DNA of 64,000 bases from an uncultured Lentisphaerota bacterium (GCA_903896925.1 CAITZM010000052.1:75375-139374), one strand, 5' to 3'. Shown: positions 35,689 through 44,968, counted from the stretch's first letter. The notes: generated from the sequence alone by a model not told the origin. Numbers and translations: made by a program.

Positions 35689-37245
35689 TTATTTGCGGGC
35701 GACTTCCACCATGTTCAGGGTGAGATCGGCTCCAAGCGCGCGCAGGCGCAGGTGCGCACTGGCGTCATTTTTCTCGAAAGCCGGATGGGACAGTTCCCAC
35801 ACGATGGTTTTCCAGCGACCGGTATCGCTGCATTGTGTGTGGAAGGTCCGGCCGGCGGCTTGAACATCGAACGAACCGGTGCCGCGATCCAGGTAGGTCA
35901 CGCGGAGTTCGGCTGTTTGCGTCGCGAGGCTGGCGGCGAAGGTTTCGTCCAGCAAGAGTTGCATCGTCTGGTCGCGCGGCAACAGGCGCGCCCACGCCCC
36001 AAAGCGCTGGTCATCCGGCCCGGTCTTTTTCACCTCCCGAGTGTGATCGGGCTGACGTTGCATGAGGAACGTGTAGTCGCCCGTCAAGGCGTCGCCCTCG
36101 CGAAAGGCCACCCAAGCGCCGGGCGATACCTGCGGACTGGCATGATAGCCGGCGTATTTGGCGGCGAACCGAAACGCCGCATCGAACTCGTCCTTGAACC
36201 GTGCGGTCTCAGCGGCAGGGTCTTTGCCGGCAAGATAACGTCCGCTGCGGGCCACTTCGAGATCGTTGGCATAGCACGCGATGAAGGAGACGCCACAATG
36301 AAGGTCGCAGAGCAGCCGCCAGTAGTTCCACTGCGGCGGACTGCACCAACGGGGATCACTCTTTCCGCCGTGATCACCCCAGGCGCTGGCCCACGGTTCG
36401 GCATAGGCGAGCGTTTTGCCGGTGCGACAATCGGCGAGAAACTGTTCGTATTGTCCGCTGACGCCCTTCCGCGGTTCCATTTCGCTGCTGGTGTGGAACC
36501 AGCACAGACGCCCCTTTTTGAAATCCTGCTCAAATGACCGGCGCAGATCCGGCTCAATGCTGTTGCGGACAAACACCCGTAGGTCTGGCGGAAACTCCTT
36601 TACGAACAGCTCCAATACGCGGGCCTGATACGCCTTACCCAGCGCCGGCGTGAACGGTTCCCCAGCCCTCGCTCCCGGAGGCACGCGCCACTGCGACAGG
36701 GCCATCTTGTCGTTGGGCACCCGCCAGTGCTCCGTGCCGATGGCGTTGAAATTTTGCCGCACGCCCAGCAGCGATGCGCGGTACGGCGACTGTTTCAGAA
36801 ACGCAGCGTAGGCCCGCAGGAAATTGCCATAGGCCCGCTCGAACACCGGATGCCAATACATCAAAGTCCCTTGCGCGTCGCGCACCTGCACACCCAAGGG
36901 TTCCGGCAGACAGGGCACGCGTTCGAACAACCACGCCGGCTTCTTGTTGCCATTGACCTGCACCGTAAAGGGCTTGTGCTGGGCGTGCAGCTGTTTCATC
37001 TGCGCCTCCAGCTGGCTGAAGTCATACTGACCTTCCGCCGTTTCCAACTCGCCCCACTGCGCAACGACCTGAGCACCGGTGATATAGGGCAACTCCATCA
37101 CCGCCGGCATGCGCTCATACCAAATTGCATACAGACCGCGGTGGGTTGGCGGCAGGACCGAGGCAGTAGCGATGGTGCCCGTGGCGCACAGCGCGGCCAG
37201 CGGAGCCAGCAGCAGGGCCACCAGAAGTGAGCGTATGCCTTTCAT
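35689..37245 (-). CDS. putative glycoside hydrolase, GH42/GH35-like TIM-barrel (GHL) family, secreted
   Basis: The track start at 37272 is GTG (GTGA overlap); ATG at 37245 verified gives MKGIRSLLVALLLAPLAALCATG. Motif AQWGELETAEGQYDFSQLEAQMKQLHAQHKPFTVQV. Third member of the paralogous family. Confidence 0.7.
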   Translation of the reverse strand: MKGIRSLLVALLLAPLAALCATGTIATASVLPPTHRGLYAIWYERMPAVMELPYITGAQVVAQWGELETAEGQYDFSQLEAQMKQLHAQHKPFTVQVNGNKKPAWLFERVPCLPEPLGVQVRDAQGTLMYWHPVFERAYGNFLRAYAAFLKQSPYRASLLGVRQNFNAIGTEHWRVPNDKMALSQWRVPPGARAGEPFTPALGKAYQARVLELFVKEFPPDLRVFVRNSIEPDLRRSFEQDFKKGRLCWFHTSSEMEPRKGVSGQYEQFLADCRTGKTLAYAEPWASAWGDHGGKSDPRWCSPPQWNYWRLLCDLHCGVSFIACYANDLEVARSGRYLAGKDPAAETARFKDEFDAAFRFAAKYAGYHASPQVSPGAWVAFREGDALTGDYTFLMQRQPDHTREVKKTGPDDQRFGAWARLLPRDQTMQLLLDETFAASLATQTAELRVTYLDRGTGSFDVQAAGRTFHTQCSDTGRWKTIVWELSHPAFEKNDASAHLRLRALGADLTLNMVEVARK

Positions 37246-37268
37246 AGAAACCCCACAGCGTGCACCGC

Positions 37269-38858
37269 TCACGGCTGTCCGACCGGCGTGCTGCGCTTGG
37301 AGCTGCGGATGTCGCGATAGATTTTGTCCATGCGCGCGATGCGGTCCTTCTGCGCTTCGTCAGCGATGAGGTTCTTCTGCTCGGTCAGGTCGTCGGCCAG
37401 GTTATAGAGCGCGGCCGGCGCGTTGTGCTCGATGTCGAAGACCAGCTTCCACGGACCTTCGCGCAGCGCGTGGGCCATGCCGTCGCTGCCGGAGTTCGCG
37501 CCCTTCTTGGCAATCTGGTTCTGCGCCCTGTTCTTCGCTTTCTTGCGTTCCGCAGGGGTCAGCTTCTTGCTGCCCTCGGCGGTTTTGAGTATCTGCGCGG
37601 CGGTCTTTTCGTCGAACGCATCGCGACCCGGGCTGCTCTGGATCAGCAGTGTTTCGCGGACGGGCTTGTCGTCACCGCGCTTGCCGAGCAGGACGGGCGC
37701 GAGGCTGACGCCGTCAAGCATCTGGTCGGCCTCGAACTTACCGCCGGCCAGCTCGACGAACGTCGGCACGATATCGAGCGTGCCGACGAGCTGGTTGCGG
37801 ACTTCGCCCGCGGGCACGTGACCCTTCCAATGCACGACGAACGGCACGCGATGACCGCCCTCCCAGATCTGCGACTTCGCGCCGCGCAGCCCGCCGACGG
37901 CGTCGTGGCCGAACTTCTCGCGGTCGGCCGGAATACCGCCGTTGTCGCTGGTGACGATGATCAGCGTCTTCTCCAGCAGATTGCGCTTGGCAAGCGCCTC
38001 GACGAGTTTGCCGACGACGACATCCACCTCGTAGTCCATGTCCGTCTTCGGCGACATCTTCGTCACGCCCTTGACGGGCTCGCCGAGCAGCGTGTCGGGT
38101 GGCGTGTAGGGACCATGCGCACCATCCGTCGAGAGATGGACGTAGAACGGCTTATCCTTATCGGCATCGATGAACGCGATTACCTTCTCGACCAGCGTCT
38201 GCCCCACCCTACGGCTGTCCCAATCCGGCAGGCCCGGCCCGGCCACGGGAATCGCACCGCCGTTGAGCGGCCCAGCCTTGAGCTCGGCAACCTTCGCGCC
38301 ATCGCCATCGACGCGGTTGTTCTCGATGAAGCAATAGGGCGGCGCCTGATGTCCGCCGAGCAGCACATAGGAATAGGTGAAGCCCCACTCGCGCGGCCCG
38401 ACCTTCATCGGCTTGGTGAAGTCCGCCTTTCCCGCGTCGTTTTGCTCGAAGATGCCGCCATAGTGCAGCTTGCCGAACAGGCTCGTGCGATAGCCCGCCT
38501 CCTGCAGCAGATGGCCGACCGTTTTCTGGCCCGGCATGAATTGCGGCTCCTGATTCCAGCCCCACGTGCCGCCCGGCAGACGACCGCGCCACGTATAGTT
38601 GCCCGTCGCCACCGTGTAGCGCGTCGGCGCGCAGAGCGCCGCGGCCGTGTGCGCGTCGGTGAAGCGCATCCCCTCGCGCGCCAGCTTGTCGATGTTCGGC
38701 GTCGGCACCTTGCCCTTCGCGAAGTAGCACTGGAAGTCGCCCCAGCCGAGATCGTCGGCCATGACGTAGATGATGTTTGGCCGTGGCGCCTCCGCGGCGG
38801 ACAGGTTGACCAGCGCCGCCCACACAGCCGCGCACACCAGCATCAGTATTCTTTTCAT
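37269..38858 (-). CDS. S1-family sulfatase (CAPTR)
   Basis: The track start at 38882 is TTG; ATG at 38858 verified (MKRILMLVCAAVWAALVNLSAAEAP) with AAAGG RBS 6 nt upstream. IIYVMADDLGWGDFQCYF...TPNIDKLA...AAALCAPTRYTVATG. Confidence 0.85.
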   Translation of the reverse strand: MKRILMLVCAAVWAALVNLSAAEAPRPNIIYVMADDLGWGDFQCYFAKGKVPTPNIDKLAREGMRFTDAHTAAALCAPTRYTVATGNYTWRGRLPGGTWGWNQEPQFMPGQKTVGHLLQEAGYRTSLFGKLHYGGIFEQNDAGKADFTKPMKVGPREWGFTYSYVLLGGHQAPPYCFIENNRVDGDGAKVAELKAGPLNGGAIPVAGPGLPDWDSRRVGQTLVEKVIAFIDADKDKPFYVHLSTDGAHGPYTPPDTLLGEPVKGVTKMSPKTDMDYEVDVVVGKLVEALAKRNLLEKTLIIVTSDNGGIPADREKFGHDAVGGLRGAKSQIWEGGHRVPFVVHWKGHVPAGEVRNQLVGTLDIVPTFVELAGGKFEADQMLDGVSLAPVLLGKRGDDKPVRETLLIQSSPGRDAFDEKTAAQILKTAEGSKKLTPAERKKAKNRAQNQIAKKGANSGSDGMAHALREGPWKLVFDIEHNAPAALYNLADDLTEQKNLIADEAQKDRIARMDKIYRDIRSSKRSTPVGQP

Positions 38859-38930
38859 GGTTACCTTTCTATGGTTTTCCAAGGACCCCTGCCGGCTTGT
38901 CCGGCAGGGGAATAAGTTCTGCGGTCAACC
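38859..38930 (-). repeat. duplicated gene-junction module, copy 1: relic of a sulfatase 3' end (PLPDKPAGVLGKP*) + GC hairpin + RBS, fused to an MKRILML start
   Basis: catggttacctttctatggttttccaaggaCCCCTGCCGGcttgtCCGGCAGGGGaataag is ~85% identical to 40584-40650. There it spans the 3' end of the sulfatase 40603..42051 (…SPAGHAGRGL*), the intergenic RBS and the ATG of the esterase gene. Hairpin CCCCTGCCGG-N5-CCGGCAGGGG. Confidence 0.45.
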
Positions 38931-39023
38931 GTGCTAACCACAGAACTCCCGCTCCGGCGGGGCAAGCCCGCCGGGGGCGCAGAACAACTCTGATCAGTTT
39001 TCCAATCCTTGGAAAAGTTGGCG

Positions 39024-40583
39024 TCATTTCGTTTCGGCTTCGTTCACGGGCCAACTATCGGTGCGGAACGGCGTGGCGGGGAGGCCCGCGCCGTTATACA
39101 AGTTGCACACCGGGTTCGCGGCCCAGGCATAGCGCACCGCGACGGGCTTGGCGACCTCGGCGCTGGATACGAGGACCTTGTCGCCCACGATCTTGGCCTG
39201 CGCAGGTTTCCACTGCTTGTCCTCGCCCGCGACGGCGAAGCCGTTCAACGCGCCATCCTTGGCGACCAGTCCGCCGTCTGCGTGCGCGAACGCCACGGCG
39301 ATTTCGTTGCCGCGGATTTCGTGGCCGGCGGGCAGCGGGCCGGAGATCGAGGGCACTTTCTGGCCGTAGACGGTGCCGAGCGCCCACAGCGAGAGGCGGC
39401 GGCCGACTTCCTGTTTGTTCGCGGGATGAATGTTACCCGGATCGCCGATGTCCACGGTGATCGCCATGCCGGTCTTGGGCAGGCGTAACGTTTTGAGCAT
39501 CGCCTCGCGCACGAGCGACCAGCCGTCGCCGTCGCGATTGAAGTTCGGCAACTGCACCCACGCGAAGGGGAACTCCTCGCCCCAGCGCGCGCGCCAGTCG
39601 CTGACGAGCAGCGGCAGGTGATATTGGTAGAAGGGTCCCTTGCCGGGATGCGAGTTGGCCTCTCCCTGATACCAGACCGCGCCGCGCAGCGCATACGGAA
39701 TCAGCGGCGCGATCTTGCCGTTGAACAGACCGCCGACGTTGCCCTTGCGCTTCAGCAGTTCCACCGAATCCTTCGGTTTCCGCGGCGCCGCCTTCCCTTC
39801 TTTTTTGGCTTTCGCGGACAGCGTCTTCCAACGGGCGAGCGCCTGCTCGTGGTCGGCCTTCAGCTTCGCCTCATCCACAGCCCCCTTGGCCCTGGCCTGC
39901 CCCGCAAAATAGTTCTTCAACTCCGGCGCCTTGGCCTGCGCCTCGTCCGCAATCCACGACTCGATCGGCGTGCCGCCGACGGACGAATTGATCAACCCCA
40001 CCGGCACCTTCAATTCGCGCTGCACTTCGCGACCGAAAAAGTAGAGCGTGGCCGAATAGCCGCCCACCGTTTCCGCCGAGCACACCGTCCACTTGCCAGT
40101 ACCATCGGGCGGCGGCGACGCGGCGGCCTTGGACTCCTCCTTGAACATACGGATCAGCGGCAACGAGGCCGCGGCTTTTTCTTTCTCGAAGTCCTTCGCG
40201 CGATTGACCGGCATCGCCATGTTAGACTGGCCGGAGCCGAGCCAGACTTCGCCGACGAGCACATCCGACAATTTTCGATTGCCGATTTTCGATTGCTGAT
40301 TTTCGGCAGTAACGATCAAGTCGCGTGCTTCGAGGCAGGCCTCAAGCGGATCGAGCTTCACCAGCCACTTGCCGTTGGCGTCGGCGGTCGCGGTCTTCTT
40401 CTGGCCGGCGAACTCCACGGTCACGCTCGCGCCCGGATCGGCCCAGCCCCAGACCGGCACGGCCTTGTCGCGCTGCAGCACCATGTGGTCGGAGAACACC
40501 GCGGCCACCTTCAGCTCCGCCGCCGTCGCTCCCAGCGACGCCAGCCATAACACCGCACCAGCCAACATCAGTATTCTCTTCAT
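39024..40583 (-). CDS. sialate O-acetylesterase-like SGNH/DUF303 carbohydrate esterase (SASA family)
   Basis: ATG at 40583 verified (MKRILMLAGAVLWLASLGATAAE). Catalytic GSGQSNM serine motif, LYFFGRE, WYQGEAN; 519 aa, typical of 9-O-acetylesterases in PULs. Paralogue at 43348..44868. Confidence 0.8.
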   Translation of the reverse strand: MKRILMLAGAVLWLASLGATAAELKVAAVFSDHMVLQRDKAVPVWGWADPGASVTVEFAGQKKTATADANGKWLVKLDPLEACLEARDLIVTAENQQSKIGNRKLSDVLVGEVWLGSGQSNMAMPVNRAKDFEKEKAAASLPLIRMFKEESKAAASPPPDGTGKWTVCSAETVGGYSATLYFFGREVQRELKVPVGLINSSVGGTPIESWIADEAQAKAPELKNYFAGQARAKGAVDEAKLKADHEQALARWKTLSAKAKKEGKAAPRKPKDSVELLKRKGNVGGLFNGKIAPLIPYALRGAVWYQGEANSHPGKGPFYQYHLPLLVSDWRARWGEEFPFAWVQLPNFNRDGDGWSLVREAMLKTLRLPKTGMAITVDIGDPGNIHPANKQEVGRRLSLWALGTVYGQKVPSISGPLPAGHEIRGNEIAVAFAHADGGLVAKDGALNGFAVAGEDKQWKPAQAKIVGDKVLVSSAEVAKPVAVRYAWAANPVCNLYNGAGLPATPFRTDSWPVNEAETK

Positions 40584-40602
40584 GGTTACCTTTCCAGGGC
40601 TT

Positions 40603-42051
40603 TCAAAGGCCCCTGCCGGCGTGCCCGGCAGGGGAATCGCCGCGCAACAGCTTCAGCGTCGTCTCGTGCTGTGGCGAGGTGACCGCGCCGCGCAGCAGCG
40701 GGTCATCGGTCTCCACCATGTGCCGGTAGAGGTGCTGTGCGAGTTCGTCGCGGAGCGCTGCGTATTCCTTTTTCCCGGCGAGGTCCGTCTGCTCAAACGG
40801 ATCCTTCGTCAGGTCATAAAGCTCCAGGTGCGGATGGTGGGCCGAGGCCGGGTTCGCCGGCACGAGCGTGTCGGACTTGGGCCGCCACTGCTGCGATGGA
40901 TCCTGGAACGCCGGCGCGGTCGAGAAGTTGGCCATCAGCTTGTGTGTTTCCGTGCGGATGCTGCGCTGCGGATCGTAATAGTTGTGATAGGTCAACTCCC
41001 CGAAGATCGCGGCGTTGGGCGTGTAGGCGCGTCCATCCAGCAGCGGCGCGAACGACCGCCCCTGCACGTTGGCGGGGATGGGCAGGCCCACCAGGTCGAG
41101 AATGCTCGGCAACACATCGATGTTCGAGACCATCTCGTTGCGCACAGTGCCGCCGTGCCAGCCAGCGCGTCCCGCGTGGCGCAGCAACAGCGCGATCTGC
41201 AGGCCGGGCTCATAGAGGCTGCACTTGGCGCGCGGCATCGCCACGCCGTGATCGGTGGTGGCGATCAGCAGCGTGTTGGTTTCCAGCCCCAGCTCCCGGA
41301 GGGCCTGTACCCAGCGGCCGAACTGCTCGTCCACATGCCGCACCGCGCCCTGCAGTCCGGCGAGTTCCTCGCGCGTGCCGGGCGTATCGCGCAGATAGCC
41401 CGGCACGGCCACGCCGAGCGCGCTATCGGGCTGGAGATGCGGACCGGGGAAACCGTGTTCGCCGGCCGGCTGACCGGACGCCTTGGGATAGGGCAGCCGG
41501 TGCGGCTCGATGAACCCGGCGTAGAGGTAGAACGGCTGGCCGCTTGCGGCGAGCCGCTTCAGTTCCGCGATGGCGGCGGTCGTGCCCGCTGCCGCCTTAC
41601 CTTGGTTGATAAATTTCTCATAACCGCAGCGCTGTGGGCCGGAACGGGTCTCGTGGATGTGCCCGATGGCAACCGTGGCGTAGCCGGCCTCCTTGAGGAA
41701 CTGGGCCAGATGCTTCTCCTCCGGGTGCAGGTCCCACGCAAAGTTGGCGTGGGTCAGCCCCATCACACCGTTGTTGTGGGGATAACGACCCGTGAACAGC
41801 GACGCGCGCGACGGGCTGCAACCCGGCTGTGAACAAAACGACCGGGCAAACCGTACGCCCTGCGCCGCAAACTTGTCGAGGTTGGGCGTCTGCACGGTCG
41901 GCACGCCATAGCAGTGCAGGTACTGCCCCAGGTCGTGGCAGTGGAAGATCACGATGTTGGGTTTCGCGGCCGGCGGCGGCGCATCGGCGGCGCGGAGCGC
42001 GGCCAGCGGCGCCAGCAACCCAACAGCACAATATGCGAGGATGCGGTTCAT
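40603..42051 (-). CDS. S1-family sulfatase (CSPSR), N-sulfoglucosamine-sulfohydrolase-like
   Basis: ORF 40603..42105; ATG at 42051 verified (MNRILAYCAVGLLAPLAALRAADAPP). IVIFHCHDLGQY...TPNLDKFA...SQPGCSPSRASLFTGRYPHNNG. Its 3' end carries the CCCCTGCCGG...CCGGCAGGGG hairpin. Confidence 0.85.
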   Translation of the reverse strand: MNRILAYCAVGLLAPLAALRAADAPPPAAKPNIVIFHCHDLGQYLHCYGVPTVQTPNLDKFAAQGVRFARSFCSQPGCSPSRASLFTGRYPHNNGVMGLTHANFAWDLHPEEKHLAQFLKEAGYATVAIGHIHETRSGPQRCGYEKFINQGKAAAGTTAAIAELKRLAASGQPFYLYAGFIEPHRLPYPKASGQPAGEHGFPGPHLQPDSALGVAVPGYLRDTPGTREELAGLQGAVRHVDEQFGRWVQALRELGLETNTLLIATTDHGVAMPRAKCSLYEPGLQIALLLRHAGRAGWHGGTVRNEMVSNIDVLPSILDLVGLPIPANVQGRSFAPLLDGRAYTPNAAIFGELTYHNYYDPQRSIRTETHKLMANFSTAPAFQDPSQQWRPKSDTLVPANPASAHHPHLELYDLTKDPFEQTDLAGKKEYAALRDELAQHLYRHMVETDDPLLRGAVTSPQHETTLKLLRGDSPAGHAGRGL

Positions 42052-42052
42052 G

Positions 42053-43273
42053 TCATTCGACCGTTTGATAGTCGGAGCTGGCCGCGAGGGTAGCACTGCG
42101 CACATTCACGAACCAGGCCGTGGTTCCCGCCGGCAGTGCCGCCGCGACGCGCCAGGTGGCGCCGCGTTGTTCCAGCCGGGCCGGCGCTTCAAGCCATTTG
42201 CGCTGGCCGGTGAAGCCCGTGCCCGTGGTGGAAATGAGCACGGCGCGCTCCAGCGGCTTGGTGGCGCTGAACTCCACACTCGCTACGCCGCGGGTGTTTT
42301 TCACGCCGGTTTGCACGCACCACGGCTGGCCTTCGCGCACGACGCTATCGGCGAAGGCATAGCTGTCCGGTGGGTTGTAGGCGGAGCCATGCCCATGGTG
42401 CAGGCCGGGGATGAGCGCCACCATGTGCGGACCGGGCGCGGCGCGATAGCATGCCGCCTGGCAGTCGAGCGGGAAGTGGGAGTCCTCCGGCCACGAGAAC
42501 CACAGCACCGGCATCTGCGCGCGGGCCATGCGAACCATGGGATCCCACACCTCGCGGTAGAGCGTGTTGCTGCCCAAAGCGCGGCCATATTGATTATCGG
42601 CATCGAACAGGTGCCCGCAGCCGTAGGTGGGGATCGCAAACGCAAAGCGTGGATCAATGCCGATGACGGTGCTGGTGATGACGCCGCCCCATGAGATGCC
42701 CATGAGACCGACCTTTCCGGCATCGACCTCCGGCAGCGAACACAGCAGCGAGTGCGCGAGCACCGTATCGGCCACGGCGTGATACATCCACTGCTCGGCC
42801 AGCGGTTCGGCGGAGTCGGCGTAGATGCCAGCGCGCTCCGGTCCGGGCCAGTCATGCCGCTGCCAGCCTTGGCGACCGCTGGACTTCTTCGCCCCGGGCT
42901 CGGAGGTCTGGCCCTCAACGGCGATGCTGATCGCGGCATACCCGTGCTGGTTCCACTTCTGCACCCATTCCTTGAACGCCGTGCCGCCGCCGCCATGCAC
43001 CAGCACGACACCCGGCACCTTGCCCGCGCCCTTCGCAGGGAGACCGAGCCACGCAAACACGCGCGTCGGCTGGCCTTTCCATGGCAGGGCGTCGAAGTAG
43101 ATCGCCCGCAGGCCGCCATCCTTCGCGAAGCCTTCCGCCGCGTGCAGCGCAGGCGGATTGGTGAGGCTGCCGAGGACCAGCACCTGCTCGCGTTGACCAG
43201 CAAAGTCGGCGGCGTACAGGCTGGTCGACAGCGGCAAGAGGGCCGCATACGCCAAGGCCAATAACTTTTTCAT
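42053..43273 (-). CDS. alpha/beta-hydrolase acetyl esterase (CE7/AXE1- or S9-like), secreted
   Basis: The track start at 43315 is GTG; ATG at 43273 verified (MKKLLALAYAALLPLSTSLYAADF). VVLVHGGGGTAFKEW, nucleophile elbow GISWGG (cf. GxSQGG of CE7), His near the C-terminus. Confidence 0.75.
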   Translation of the reverse strand: MKKLLALAYAALLPLSTSLYAADFAGQREQVLVLGSLTNPPALHAAEGFAKDGGLRAIYFDALPWKGQPTRVFAWLGLPAKGAGKVPGVVLVHGGGGTAFKEWVQKWNQHGYAAISIAVEGQTSEPGAKKSSGRQGWQRHDWPGPERAGIYADSAEPLAEQWMYHAVADTVLAHSLLCSLPEVDAGKVGLMGISWGGVITSTVIGIDPRFAFAIPTYGCGHLFDADNQYGRALGSNTLYREVWDPMVRMARAQMPVLWFSWPEDSHFPLDCQAACYRAAPGPHMVALIPGLHHGHGSAYNPPDSYAFADSVVREGQPWCVQTGVKNTRGVASVEFSATKPLERAVLISTTGTGFTGQRKWLEAPARLEQRGATWRVAAALPAGTTAWFVNVRSATLAASSDYQTVE

Positions 43274-43299
43274 ATTCCCTTCTCTTCGGATTCCGAGGC

Positions 43300-43315
43300 G
43301 TGGAAATATTTCCAC
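43300..43315. promoter_or_regulatory. perfect 16-bp palindrome GTGGAAATATTTCCAC, candidate operator ~30 bp upstream of the esterase ATG (43273)
   Basis: Read directly: ...gaggcGTGGAAATATTTCCACcgtttttcatgg. An AT-centred perfect dyad in a 65% GC background, inside the 74-bp gap before the operon-internal esterase gene. Confidence 0.4.
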
Positions 43316-43347
43316 CGTTTTTCATGGCCTTGGACACTGTTTGGTCA

Positions 43348-44868
43348 TTATTTTCCGGCGCCGGCAACTGGCCAGGAGTCGGTGCGGAACGGCGAGGCTG
43401 GCAGTCCGGCGCCGTTATAGAGGTTGCACACCGGGTTGTCGGCCCAGGCATAGCGGACCGCGACGGGCCTGGCCACCGCGGCACCGGAGACGATCACTCT
43501 ATCGCCCGCGATCTTGGCCTGCGCGGGCTTCCACTCCTTGTCCTCGCCCGCGACAGCGAAGCCTTTCACCTCGCCATCCGTGGCGATCAACCCGCCTTCG
43601 GTATGCGTGAAGGCAACGGAGATTTCGTTGCCGCGGATTTCGTGGCCAACGGACAGCGGGCCTGAGATCGCGGGAACTTTCCGGCCATAGACCGTGCCGA
43701 GGGCCCACAGGGAAAGACGGCGACCGACTTCCTGTTTATTGGTGGGGTGAATATTTTTGATATCACCGATGTCGATCGTGATGGCCATGCCGGTCTTCGG
43801 CAGTTCCAACGTCTTCATCATCGCCTCGCGGATGCGTGGCCAGCCTTCGCCGGGCGCGGTGAAATTCGGTAGCTGCACCCAGGCGAAGGGCAATTCATCG
43901 CTCCAGAGCGTGCGCCAGCTCGTGACGAGCTGGGAGAGTTGCTTGCGGTAGAGACCGGGGTTGCCGGCGTTGCTTTCGCCCTGATACCAGAGGACGCCGC
44001 GCAGGGTGAAGGGGGCAAGGTTGATAATCTTGCCGTTGTAGAGGCCGGCGGGCGGGCCTTTGCGCTTGCGGGCGGCGACGATATCATAGGGCTTGCCGGA
44101 AAGGGCTTGCTTCCCGGCCTTGGACTTCTCTGTGGCGAGCTTCCACGCGGCGACCTGCGCCCGGTAGAGAGCCGTCGCCTTGGCTTCGTCAAAGCTGTCG
44201 TAACCTTTCAGCTGGGCATCGTATTCCACCTTGGTTTCCAAATCCGAGGACTGGGCTTCGGCGGAGACCCAGGACTCGATGTGCGTGGCACCCACCGAGG
44301 AATTGAGCAGGCCGACGGGGACGCCGACTTCGCGGTGAATTTCGCGACCAAAGAAGTAGAGCGTTGCAGAGAAGCGTCCGACGGTTGCCGGAGTGCATAC
44401 CTGCCAGAGGCCTTGGCCTTCGGCCTGTGGTTTTTCGGCGGGACCAGAAGATTCGCGGTATTGGCGGATGAGGGGGAAGTTCGCCGCGGCCTTCTCGGCG
44501 GCAAAATTGTTCGCGCCGGCGACCGCCATCTCCATGTTGGACTGGCCAGCGCCGAGCCAGACTTCGCCGACGAGGACGTCCGACAATTTTAGATTGCCGA
44601 TTTTAGATTGCTGATTTTCAGCAGTAACGATCAAGTCGCGTGATTCGAGGCAGGCCTCGAGCGGATCGAGTTTCACCAGCCACTTGCCGTTGGCGTCGGC
44701 GATAGCGGTCTTCTTCTGGCCGGCGAATTCCACCGTCACGCTCGCCCCCGCCTCGGCCCAGCCCCAGACGGCGACAGGCTTCTCGCGCTGCAGGACCATG
44801 TGGTCGGAGAACACTGCGGCAAGCTTCAACTCCGCCGCCTGGGCGCCCAGCGCTGTTAGCAATAACAA
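43348..44868 (-). CDS. sialate O-acetylesterase-like SGNH esterase paralogue; canonical start lost (TTG/CTG start or N-terminally defective)
   Basis: Longest ORF starts with TTG at 44868 (LLLTALGAQAAELKLAAVF...); no in-frame ATG before the upstream stop. Alignment with the 5' end of 39024..40583 shows the ancestral ATG is now ATC (aaccATCacaaataat vs aaccATGaagagaata) plus a 2-nt indel in the signal-peptide region. The remainder is 85-90% identical at both ends to the paralogue (GAGQSNM catalytic motif kept). Confidence 0.65.
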   Translation of the reverse strand: MLLLTALGAQAAELKLAAVFSDHMVLQREKPVAVWGWAEAGASVTVEFAGQKKTAIADANGKWLVKLDPLEACLESRDLIVTAENQQSKIGNLKLSDVLVGEVWLGAGQSNMEMAVAGANNFAAEKAAANFPLIRQYRESSGPAEKPQAEGQGLWQVCTPATVGRFSATLYFFGREIHREVGVPVGLLNSSVGATHIESWVSAEAQSSDLETKVEYDAQLKGYDSFDEAKATALYRAQVAAWKLATEKSKAGKQALSGKPYDIVAARKRKGPPAGLYNGKIINLAPFTLRGVLWYQGESNAGNPGLYRKQLSQLVTSWRTLWSDELPFAWVQLPNFTAPGEGWPRIREAMMKTLELPKTGMAITIDIGDIKNIHPTNKQEVGRRLSLWALGTVYGRKVPAISGPLSVGHEIRGNEISVAFTHTEGGLIATDGEVKGFAVAGEDKEWKPAQAKIAGDRVIVSGAAVARPVAVRYAWADNPVCNLYNGAGLPASPFRTDSWPVAGAGK

Positions 44869-44968
44869 GGCGTAAGCCCACAGGGAATTATTTGTGATGG
44901 TTTTCAGGGACCGGTCCTTTCGGTTCTCATATATGTCATACCGTCAGGGCTATCGCAGCGCATGGTGA

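Noticed and set aside
40271-40310. AT-rich 14-bp imperfect tandem repeat TTTTCGATTGC(C/T)GA x2.5 (also 44581-44620) as a possible CRISPR or microsatellite
   Set aside because: Only 2.5 units, inside both SASA genes and in frame (encodes NQQSKIGN(R/L)KLSD). It is paralogous coding sequence, not an array.
44895-44920. GGTTTTCAGGGACCGGTCC resembling the terminal motif of the nested-IR element; GGACCGGTCC palindrome
   Set aside because: Only the 9-bp terminus matches and no inner 25-bp IR is present. It corresponds positionally to the decayed leader of the SASA paralogue, so is more likely a coincidence or a leader relic than a third element copy.
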